Of a stretch of DNA of 64,000 nt, positions 30,216 through 37,950 are shown piece after piece. The stretch covers positions 539-64,538 of the forward strand of contig CACXCB010000029.1 of the NCBI GenBank assembly GCA_902766005.1. The letters are read 5' to 3'. The position numbers and the translations under genes were made by a program. The DNA is from an uncultured Erysipelotrichaceae bacterium (GTDB lineage: Bacteria > Bacillota_I > Bacilli_A > Erysipelotrichales > Erysipelotrichaceae). Each line of letters begins with the position of its first letter. Within the stretch, counting starts at the first letter, position 1. The notes beneath the pieces are model-generated. The model saw only the letters and a list, made by a program, of their open reading frames with translations, was not told the DNA's origin and did not search any database.

Positions 30216-30713
30216 ATGAAAAATGAAGAACTGAGAAATTTTAAATTGCCTGCATACAGGGAGATTCCCGATGTCGGCCTGTATCTGGATCAGGTGGCCA
30301 AATACATTAACAGCTATCTGCAGGATTTTCCCGAGATGGCTGTCACTCCTTCCATGATCTCCAATTACGCCAAGGCAAAACTGATTGACCGCATCAACAA
30401 AAAGACATATACAAGGGAACAGATATCCTGTCTGATCTTTATCGTCCTGTCCAAAACTGTTTTATCCATCACAAACATTCGCATGATTCTCGAAGAAATC
30501 CATACGGAAAACAATGATATGGAAAAAAGCTATGCATATTTCCGCAACTGTGTCGAAACCCTTCTTGGCTCAATGAACGAGGAGGATGTCTCCCCTGCTA
30601 TTACAGCTGAAGGCGAGACCGAACAGATGTTAAAGAATATTGCGATAGCTGTTGCACATAAAATGTATCTCGAACACTATTTTGAAACAAAAAGAAAAAC
30701 CCAGGAAGCTTAA
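30216..30713 (+). CDS. DUF1836 family putative DNA-binding regulator
   Basis: LPAYREIPDVGLYLDQV, TPSMISNYAK, KKTYTREQI; divergent from the hemolysin III gene; probable start at ATG 30216 (30198 also possible). Confidence 0.9.
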   Translation: MKNEELRNFKLPAYREIPDVGLYLDQVAKYINSYLQDFPEMAVTPSMISNYAKAKLIDRINKKTYTREQISCLIFIVLSKTVLSITNIRMILEEIHTENNDMEKSYAYFRNCVETLLGSMNEEDVSPAITAEGETEQMLKNIAIAVAHKMYLEHYFETKRKTQEA

Positions 30714-30716
30714 ATT

Positions 30717-31658
30717 TCACTCCTCTTCCCGGGTTTCTTTTATTTGTTCTTCTTCTACGGAATCATCAGCCTGTTGTGTTATGGTTTCTGCAACAGGTTG
30801 CTGCTCTTCGATCGGTTGTACTTCTTCAATTGGTTCAGGGACATTCGCCTCTTCTCTTGATTCTTCAGGTTCATCTACCTTGAGCCAATGTATGCCGACG
30901 GGACGTCTTTCCTCTTCCTGCTGTATCGGCTCCTGTTGTGGTGTTTCTACAGCGACAGGTTCCGTGTTTTCTTCAATCACGACATATCTTGGCTTGCCGC
31001 AGTAACTGCAGAAATTTCCGACATTTTTTTCACCGCATCTTTCACAAATCCAGAATTCTTCCGGCTCATCCTTCTTGCGGTAATTGGCATAAATCTTTCT
31101 CCTCTTGAATCCATAGATATAAGAGAAAACAAAGAATACCGCCTGCAGAATCATGCATGTGATTAGCAGCAGGATAAACAGATTTACGCCTATTTTTGAC
31201 AGAAAAGGCATATTGTTGGCAACGCCGAACAATGAAAAATACGATACGATGGTTTCCGATCCGTTATAACGCATGGAAAGATACAGGATCATACCTGTTA
31301 CCGCTACTTTCAGCAAAAGATACAGATTCCATGCATGGCGGCTGTAGCGGTGCCAATGAAAGCTGCCAAGCCATGACACCAAAGCCAGCAACAGGCACAC
31401 AAGCGGTGCAAACAGAGCAATGATAATCACCCAGAAATAACTGCCCAGATGATATACATCACTTTCCATTAATGTCAGAAACGGTGTAAACACCGATAGC
31501 AGGGCCGGTGAATGAATGCCCATCAGTTCTGCAAACATGCTGATAAACAGATAGGCTTCAAAAACAATCACTAAAGGCATCCCCACGATCTGCAGGAAAC
31601 GGTGCCACTTTAACGGTGTTCCTTTTACTTCAACGTATCTTCTTTTATTTTCTTCCAT
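30717..31658 (-). CDS. hypothetical membrane protein with a zinc ribbon and acidic tail
   Basis: about 4 TM segments, WICERCGEKNVGNFCSYCG, Glu/Pro/Gln-rich C-terminus; overlaps the end of trmD. Confidence 0.75.
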   Translation of the reverse strand: MEENKRRYVEVKGTPLKWHRFLQIVGMPLVIVFEAYLFISMFAELMGIHSPALLSVFTPFLTLMESDVYHLGSYFWVIIIALFAPLVCLLLALVSWLGSFHWHRYSRHAWNLYLLLKVAVTGMILYLSMRYNGSETIVSYFSLFGVANNMPFLSKIGVNLFILLLITCMILQAVFFVFSYIYGFKRRKIYANYRKKDEPEEFWICERCGEKNVGNFCSYCGKPRYVVIEENTEPVAVETPQQEPIQQEEERRPVGIHWLKVDEPEESREEANVPEPIEEVQPIEEQQPVAETITQQADDSVEEEQIKETREEE

Positions 31659-32350
31659 ATCTTCTCTTCTTCTTTGTCCATGACATGTTTTTCAAACAGG
31701 TCGGGACGGATTTTCTGTGTCAGCAGCAGAGACTGCGCCTTGCGCCATTCACGAATTTTTGCATGATGTCCGGATAACAGGATTTCCGGAACCTTATCCC
31801 CTTTGTAGTCAGCGGGTTGGGTATATTGCGGATATTCCAGCAATCCGCCTTCATAGGATTCTTCCTCGGCAGACCCTTCACTGATGACCCCCGGCAAAAG
31901 GCGAATCACGCTGTCCATAACTACCATAGATGCGGTTTCACCGCCTGTCAAGACATAATCACCTATGCTGATGCATTCATCTACATGGCTGTTGATTCTT
32001 GCATCCATGCCTTCATAATGCCCGCAAAGAATAATCAGATCTACTTTTTGCGAAAGCTCGTGTGCCTTTTTCTGCGTATACGGGTATCCGGAAGCACTCA
32101 TCAGCACAACATGGCTGTTTTCCTTTCGCACCGAGTCGAGGGCGTCAAGAACAGGCTGGCATTTCATGACCATGCCCTTGCCCCCGCCGAAAGGCGTATC
32201 ATCCACATGTTTATACCTGTCCGGGGCAAAATCACGGATCTGTACAAAATCAACACTGACGAACCCTTTGTCAATAGCCCTGCCGAGAATGGAGACGGAA
32301 AGGAAGCTTTCGTACATTTCCGGAAATAATGTCAGAATATGGATTTTCAT
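31625..32350 (-). CDS. trmD: tRNA (guanine37-N1)-methyltransferase
   Basis: LTLFPEM, VDDTPFGGG, CGHYEG, SIGDYVLTGGE. Confidence 0.97.
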   Translation of the reverse strand: MKIHILTLFPEMYESFLSVSILGRAIDKGFVSVDFVQIRDFAPDRYKHVDDTPFGGGKGMVMKCQPVLDALDSVRKENSHVVLMSASGYPYTQKKAHELSQKVDLIILCGHYEGMDARINSHVDECISIGDYVLTGGETASMVVMDSVIRLLPGVISEGSAEEESYEGGLLEYPQYTQPADYKGDKVPEILLSGHHAKIREWRKAQSLLLTQKIRPDLFEKHVMDKEEEKIWKKIKEDTLK

Positions 32351-32859
32351 AGGAGTCCCTCAATCACATGTATACGGATATATTTTTCCTGCGGATTGAC
32401 TTCCTGAATGAATGCGGGAACATAGGGAATCAATACGGATGAGCCATCCTCTTTCTGCATGCGCAGATTGTTCTGTGCACCTTTGGTTTCCTCAACGCCA
32501 AGGCAGGTTCCCAAAACATGCCCCTCTTCATCAATGATATCCAGCCCTTCAAGCTCAGAACGGTAATACTGCCCATGTCCGAGTTTTTTCCGGTCTTTTT
32601 CCTGAATGTACAGTTCATCGTTTCGGTATTCTTCCGCTTGGTTGATATCCTGTATTTCATGAAATCTGACCAGGCTGAAGCCTTTATGGGTACGGAAGGT
32701 TTCCACCGTCACATCCATATATTTTCCTTCATGCAGCAAATAAACATGATTTCCTCTTTTGTATCTCTGTGCGTCAAAATCCGAATAGCTCTGGATTTTC
32801 ACTTCCCCCTTTAATCCATGCGTATTCACGATTTTGCCGATACAGATATAGTCTTCCAT
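32347..32859 (-). CDS. rimM: ribosome maturation factor RimM
   Basis: IGKIVNTHGLKGEVK, LIPYV. Confidence 0.96.
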   Translation of the reverse strand: MEDYICIGKIVNTHGLKGEVKIQSYSDFDAQRYKRGNHVYLLHEGKYMDVTVETFRTHKGFSLVRFHEIQDINQAEEYRNDELYIQEKDRKKLGHGQYYRSELEGLDIIDEEGHVLGTCLGVEETKGAQNNLRMQKEDGSSVLIPYVPAFIQEVNPQEKYIRIHVIEGLL

Positions 32860-32886
32860 AGATTCCTCCTTGCAAAAAAGGATGCA

Positions 32887-33141
32887 TTATGCATCCAATT
32901 GTTCAAACTTGATTGTTACCTTTTTATCATCGGCATGCGAAGCAACAGACATCACCTGTCTTAATGCACTTGCCATGCTGCCTTTTCTGCCAATCAAACG
33001 AGCAATATCTTCATTTTTGGCATAGACATGAAGAACAACTTCGTTCTCATCCAAGCTCGGCATTTCTCTGACACTCAACTCTTCCGGAGCATCTACCATA
33101 GGCTTGACAAGGTCAAATAAAACTTTATCCAGCTCTGCCAT
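32887..33141 (-). CDS. khpA: KH-domain RNA-binding protein KhpA (YlqC)
   Basis: DIARLIGRKG GxxG loop; located between rpsP and rimM. Confidence 0.92.
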   Translation of the reverse strand: MAELDKVLFDLVKPMVDAPEELSVREMPSLDENEVVLHVYAKNEDIARLIGRKGSMASALRQVMSVASHADDKKVTIKFEQLDA

Positions 33142-33143
33142 AT

Positions 33144-33431
33144 TTAGTTTTTCTTAGCCTTATTAGCAACCTTTTCTTCGTGGAATTTCTTCATGATGCC
33201 CTGTTTGGACAGGATGCTGCGAACTGTATCAGATGGCTGAGCACCATTTTTGAGCCAGTACATAGCCTTTTCTGCATCTACAACAACTGTTTCAGGTTCT
33301 GTCGTCGGGTTGATCCAACCGATAACTTCGATCTCACGACCGTCTCTGCGTGTACGTGCATCAGCTGCAACGATACGGTATCTTGGTGCTTTCTTGGCAC
33401 CCATTCTCTTTAAACGTAATTTAACTGCCAT
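33144..33431 (-). CDS. rpsP: 30S ribosomal protein S16
   Basis: [29 protein letters not shown]; start at ATG 33431. Confidence 0.98.
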   Translation of the reverse strand: MAVKLRLKRMGAKKAPRYRIVAADARTRRDGREIEVIGWINPTTEPETVVVDAEKAMYWLKNGAQPSDTVRSILSKQGIMKKFHEEKVANKAKKN

Positions 33432-33462
33432 ATTTCTTATCTCCTTTTTTATAGCCTCATTT

Positions 33463-33511
33463 ATTATAGGCAAAATAAAACACCTGTCAAGTGTTTTTAC
33501 TTGACAGATGT
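33463..33511 (-). promoter_or_regulatory. rpsP promoter within an inverted repeat
   Basis: TTGACA-16 nt-TATAAT on the - strand; the -35 lies in one arm of CTGTCAAGT...ACTTGACAG. Confidence 0.7.
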
Positions 33512-33516
33512 ATTTT

Positions 33517-34521
33517 TTATGAATCGATGACTTCTAAAAGCTTCTTTTCAATTCTGAGCATCACTTCAAGATAATAGGCATCCTCTTGTGGTGTCAGCTG
33601 GCTTTCATCAATTGCATCGAGCGCATTCATCGCATCGGTATATTTTGAAAGCATATCAATATACTTTGTCAGCATTGTCATATCCGTTGCATCATAGCTC
33701 TTCATGAATTCTACATAAGAATCAAAGAATGCTTCATAATCATCCATCTTCTTTTTGAATTCTTCAAAATCCGAAGAAGATGCTTCTTCCTGCGGAGGTG
33801 TTATCGCTTCATTACCTACAGCTTTTATCACTATCCCGGGTACAGTGATCTTGCTTCCCGAGGTACTTGTATAAGTGAACAACCCGTAATAAGGACCATA
33901 TACGCTGATCATGTCATCTTCTAGTATTCTGCCCTCACCATTTTCATACACATATTCCCCAAATACAACATCATCATACCAGTTGCCGGATCCGGAATCT
34001 TTTGTCGCTATACGCATTTGAATCCTGTTATCATCACCTTCCATGATCTGCAATACCCGACCGTATAAAACGATATCCTTTCCTTCATATTTATCAGGAT
34101 ATCTTGCCAGTTCGTCATAAGGGATGACTTCGCATTTTTCTTTGTACGCTTCTTTATCGAAAGGTGTTGTACATGTCACATCAAAGGTTGCACTGTGTCC
34201 CTGTGATTTGACTGTAAATGTATATGTTTTTGCAGCCTCAAGTTTTGTCGGAACAGATAACTGATAATCGGTAGTTTCCTTACTTGTACCATCCGAATAA
34301 TATGCCATGACCGTTAAACCTTTGCACCCTTTCTGGATGAAAATGCCTTCATCCGTTTCTCCTTCATAAGAAGCGGTAATATGGTCAAGGGTTACTTCTT
34401 CTTTTTGTTCAGCCACAGCAGAAGATTCTTCTGTTTTTTGCGGTGATGTCGTTGTTTCTTTCTTTTTGCCACACCCTGTCATCAACAAAATGCACATCAC
34501 GGAAATTATTATTTTTTTCAT
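33517..34521 (-). CDS. multidomain lipoprotein (Ig-like, OB-fold-like and acidic helical domains)
   Basis: LLMTGC lipobox; [12 protein letters not shown] Ig-like motif; [11 protein letters not shown]...GRVLQI...[12 protein letters not shown]; start moved to ATG 34521. Confidence 0.75.
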   Translation of the reverse strand: MKKIIISVMCILLMTGCGKKKETTTSPQKTEESSAVAEQKEEVTLDHITASYEGETDEGIFIQKGCKGLTVMAYYSDGTSKETTDYQLSVPTKLEAAKTYTFTVKSQGHSATFDVTCTTPFDKEAYKEKCEVIPYDELARYPDKYEGKDIVLYGRVLQIMEGDDNRIQMRIATKDSGSGNWYDDVVFGEYVYENGEGRILEDDMISVYGPYYGLFTYTSTSGSKITVPGIVIKAVGNEAITPPQEEASSSDFEEFKKKMDDYEAFFDSYVEFMKSYDATDMTMLTKYIDMLSKYTDAMNALDAIDESQLTPQEDAYYLEVMLRIEKKLLEVIDS

Positions 34522-34730
34522 TATCGTTTCCTCCGTAATTTCTTTTCTTGATCTTACTACCGTTCCGCAAGGAACGGTCAAGAGGAGAAAACAGATTTTT
34601 ACTGCATAAGACTATAAAACAGATTGGGGCAGACAAACATTACGAATAATTGAAATTCTTAAGAACTGAATATCTATTCATGTACAGTGTATTATATAGT
34701 CTATTAGATAAAAAAATGAAAGATCTGATT

Positions 34731-35108
34731 TTAGCTTAGGTGCGAAATAATCCAGTTCAATACATCTTGATAACCTTTATCTCCGTTCGCGACTTTCAGA
34801 AAAAGGTCAATCAGCTCTTTCTGGGTATATTCAACCTCAATGTGATTCAATGCAAGAAATACCAGCATAACATGAGCTCCAATACGTTTGTTGCCATCAA
34901 TGAACGCATGATTGCTTGCAAGTCCGAATCCTAATCTGGCAGCTTTCTGATAGGTAGATGGAAATAGATCTTTGCCATCAAAGCTCTGGAAAGGAGCAGC
35001 CAGGGCGGATTCCAAAAGTCATTCATCCTTTAGTCCAGGGTGTCCTCCTGTTTCATCAATCAGCTGCTCATGGAGCATGATTATCTGTTCTTTGGAAAGA
35101 ATGATCAT
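34731..35108 (-). pseudogene. doc: Doc/Fic (death-on-curing) toxin interrupted by an in-frame TGA at codon 30
   Basis: MIILSKEQIIMLHEQLIDETGGHPGLKDE*LLESAL...HAFIDGNKRIG; start overlaps the phd stop (ATGA); TGA at 35019-35021. Confidence 0.88.
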
Positions 35109-35347
35109 TTTGCCAATTCCTCATAAGCCTCTCGATTCCGCTCAATAAGTTTTTTCGAGATACTTAGCACATCATTGTCAGGAGCCATCTGCATGTGTTC
35201 TGCCTCCGAAAAATCAATGACAAGATAACGTGGCCGGTTGTTTTTCATAATAATAGCAGATCCATTCTTATCAACCATCTTTGCTACACGCGAAAAATTC
35301 TGATTTGCTTCCGTCATGGAAACAATGTAATCTGTGTCAATCAGCAT
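35105..35347 (-). CDS. phd: Phd/YefM family antitoxin
   Basis: IVSMTEANQNFSRVAKMVD...IIMKNNRPRY; upstream of doc. Confidence 0.92.
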   Translation of the reverse strand: MLIDTDYIVSMTEANQNFSRVAKMVDKNGSAIIMKNNRPRYLVIDFSEAEHMQMAPDNDVLSISKKLIERNREAYEELAK

Positions 35348-35374
35348 ATATGTGCTCCTCCTTATACAGAACTA

Positions 35375-35408
35375 ATTGTATCATATATTGTAGGATAAAA
35401 ACATCCTA
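35375..35408 (-). promoter_or_regulatory. phd-doc promoter and putative operator
   Basis: extended -10 TGATACAAT; TAGGAT-N6-ATCCTA inverted repeat (35391-35408) over the -35 region. Confidence 0.6.
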
Positions 35409-35648
35409 TAACAATACAAACTCCTAATCCTATTGATAAAATTTAGCATATATAGCAATGATTAATGCCAAAGAACAGTTATTCTGACGTATTGATCAGG
35501 TACTATTGAGATGATATTGTACTGGATCATCGGTGGCTCAGTGCTCCTTGTCTTATACAGTGCGCTGAGGTGCATCTCGCCCCTTCCCTGTACATATGCC
35601 CTACCATTATAAAAAATGTAGAATTTCGGCTCCGTAAATTCCACATAG

Positions 35649-35674
35649 AAAAAAGAGCTTATGTTTTCAAGCTC
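35649..35674 (-). terminator. intrinsic terminator after the NifX-like gene
   Basis: GAGCTT-N8-AAGCTC-TTTTTT on the - strand. Confidence 0.7.
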
Positions 35675-35692
35675 ACTGTTGATGACATTCTT

Positions 35693-36043
35693 TCACGCAA
35701 GCATATCATGCCTGCAAGGACAGATGATATCGGGATTGTTTTGCAGTGTTCCATCAAGATACTCTTGCAGAATATCTTCTGCACTTCCTTGACATCCCAT
35801 ATACACATCGATGCCAAATCCCTCCATTCTTTTCTGCATTGGCTCTCCCATGCCCGTGCATAATATAATATCAGTTTCAAGACCGTCAAGATAGGCAGCT
35901 ATAGCACCATGTGAATTACCGCCATTGCCTATAATGTTCTTCGCAATCACTTTTCCGTCTTCAACTTCGGCGATCAGAAAGAATTCACTTCTGCCGAAAT
36001 GCGGAAAAACCATGCCATCCTGATAAGGAATTGCAATCTTCAT
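35693..36043 (-). CDS. NifB/NifX (dinitrogenase FeMo-cofactor-binding fold) family protein
   Basis: MKIAIP...FPHFGRSEFF, ILCTGMG, C-terminal CxCxH. Confidence 0.88.
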   Translation of the reverse strand: MKIAIPYQDGMVFPHFGRSEFFLIAEVEDGKVIAKNIIGNGGNSHGAIAAYLDGLETDIILCTGMGEPMQKRMEGFGIDVYMGCQGSAEDILQEYLDGTLQNNPDIICPCRHDMLA

Positions 36044-36046
36044 CTT

Positions 36047-36811
36047 CTACCTCGCCAGTCCGTACAGATCTTCTACAATATATGTCGGATGCAGATCTTC
36101 CGTAATCCCCATTTCCATAATGCTTTCGCCATTGGTGATCAGGATTGTCTCAATGCCCATTTCAATTCCCGGTATGATATCTTTTTCAAAATCATGACCG
36201 GTGATGATGACATCATCCTTGGTCACCTGCATATAGCGCAAAGCCATGCGGATCAGCATTTCCGTTCCCCTTCCGAAATGTACGGCCGGAACCCCTGAAG
36301 CATATTCCAGCATTTTCACCACAGCCTCATTTCCGATCATCTGCTGTCCTTCAAATACCTGTGTCTTGCGGGAATCGGTGGAGATCAGCCTTGCTCCATG
36401 TAATAAGGCTTGCAATGCATCGGAATAATCCTTATAGGTCATATTCCGGTTCATGCCGACAAACAATACATCCGGTGCACTGTGACGAACGGTGAATCCG
36501 ACCTGTTCCAATGTCTGCCGTATGCCTCCCCCTCCTATATATGCAGCTTTTTTTCTTTCGGGCTCATTCATCATGATCCAGTCAATCGCTGCCATGACAC
36601 TTGTGTAGATTGACGAAGGACGGATATTTTGAAATCCTCCTGCATTCAGCATATCGGCAATCTGTTCTCTGGTCCTGCCGCTTTGCTCGCTTAGTATAAG
36701 ATATGGTATTCCATGAACCCACATCGCATCAAGAAGCTGTGGTGCCCCAGGTGCCGGCCTGCCGTTTAAAATCAGTGAATCCATCTGTAATATGTAGTTT
36801 TTTCTAAACAT
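36047..36811 (-). CDS. HAD-IIA (NagD-like) fold protein with degenerate catalytic motifs
   Basis: NagD layout (PAPGA, IYTSVMA, AYIGGGG, LFVG) but motif I is LQMDS, motif III FGRG and motif IV GHDFEKDI. Confidence 0.8.
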   Translation of the reverse strand: MFRKNYILQMDSLILNGRPAPGAPQLLDAMWVHGIPYLILSEQSGRTREQIADMLNAGGFQNIRPSSIYTSVMAAIDWIMMNEPERKKAAYIGGGGIRQTLEQVGFTVRHSAPDVLFVGMNRNMTYKDYSDALQALLHGARLISTDSRKTQVFEGQQMIGNEAVVKMLEYASGVPAVHFGRGTEMLIRMALRYMQVTKDDVIITGHDFEKDIIPGIEMGIETILITNGESIMEMGITEDLHPTYIVEDLYGLAR

Positions 36812-36891
36812 TTTTCTATCCTCAGTATTAATTGTAACACGTTAAAGGGCTTCCTTGTGGTATGATGTTTAAGCACATAAGAGGAAGATCT

Positions 36892-37941
36892 ATGAAACCT
36901 TTAACGAAAATATTCATCCTGCTGGGGCTGATTGCCGCAATAGCAGGTTTTCTGACATATGACGCCTTCAATATAGCACCGAAGCGTTATGCCACCCGGC
37001 ATGAAACCCTGTCCGATGAAAAAATACCACGACAGCTCGACGATATCAACATCCTGTTCTTTTCGGATCTCGAATACGGCACATTCATGAATGAGGAAAG
37101 GCTGAACAACCTTGTTGATACCATCAACAACATCTCCCCGGATGTCATTATATTCGGTGGTGATCTGTATGATCAGGAAGCAATTGCCAATGCTGATTCC
37201 AATACCATTCTTACCAATGCTTTCAAATCCATGGATGCTCCTTTGGGAAAATATGCGGTTTACGGCGATAATGACCGAGCATCTTCCACAAGGGCGGATG
37301 CATTTTCAAAAATCATGATGGATGCGGACTTTGAAATCCTCAACAACAATTCCATCAGCCTGCGAAACAAGGGTTCCCAATCCATCTATCTGACAGGATT
37401 GGATAACGGCTTGAACGGCACAACAGATACCGGAACCGCTTACCGCAATGTTTCCCCTGAAGCATACAATATCACAATCTGCCATACCCCGGATACCGCC
37501 CTGGAGATTTCCTCCGACTTGCCGGACTATTTCTTAGCAGGACACAGTCATGGCGGACAGGCATATTTCTTCTTTACCGCTGAATATACACCTGCCTATG
37601 CGACAGACTATCTGCGTGGCAAGCATTCCATCAACGATGCGTTTACCCTTGACATCACTAACGGTGTCGGTACAACACAGACAGATGTGCGTTTCCTCAG
37701 TGATCCCGAAGTGGTTGTATATCATCTGAATTCACTGGCTCAGGAAGAGATACCGCAAGGCGATTTGGAAACAGAACCTGCCGTTACAGAAGAGACTCAA
37801 ACCGAGCTGGAAGAGACAGACATTCCTGAAGATACCGTTGAAGAAAATACAGAGGAAATACAGCAGGAAGAAGAAACAACACAAGAAGAGTCCGAAGAAG
37901 TACAGGAAGAACCTGCAGAAGAGCAAAGCGAGGATGAATAA
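36892..37941 (+). CDS. membrane-anchored calcineurin-like metallophosphoesterase (YkuE-like) with Glu-rich tail
   Basis: FFSDLE, FGGDLYD, YGDND, CHTPD, AGHSHGGQ; N-terminal TM; GAGGA SD before ATG 36892. Confidence 0.85.
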   Translation: MKPLTKIFILLGLIAAIAGFLTYDAFNIAPKRYATRHETLSDEKIPRQLDDINILFFSDLEYGTFMNEERLNNLVDTINNISPDVIIFGGDLYDQEAIANADSNTILTNAFKSMDAPLGKYAVYGDNDRASSTRADAFSKIMMDADFEILNNNSISLRNKGSQSIYLTGLDNGLNGTTDTGTAYRNVSPEAYNITICHTPDTALEISSDLPDYFLAGHSHGGQAYFFFTAEYTPAYATDYLRGKHSINDAFTLDITNGVGTTQTDVRFLSDPEVVVYHLNSLAQEEIPQGDLETEPAVTEETQTELEETDIPEDTVEENTEEIQQEEETTQEESEEVQEEPAEEQSEDE

Positions 37942-37950
37942 TCCCCGCTT

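Noticed and set aside
35019-35021. TGA at a conserved Gly position as evidence of genetic code 25 or 4, or of selenocysteine
   Set aside because: TGA ends many genes here (mutS2, topA, der, ftsX, phd), no other gene has an internal TGA, and the position is not a Cys site
35600-35648. AAATTCTAC...GTAG resemblance to a Cas12a repeat
   Set aside because: single copy, wrong loop length, no array or cas gene
35693-36043. NifX-like gene as evidence of nitrogen fixation
   Set aside because: the fold is widespread in non-diazotrophs and no nif genes are present
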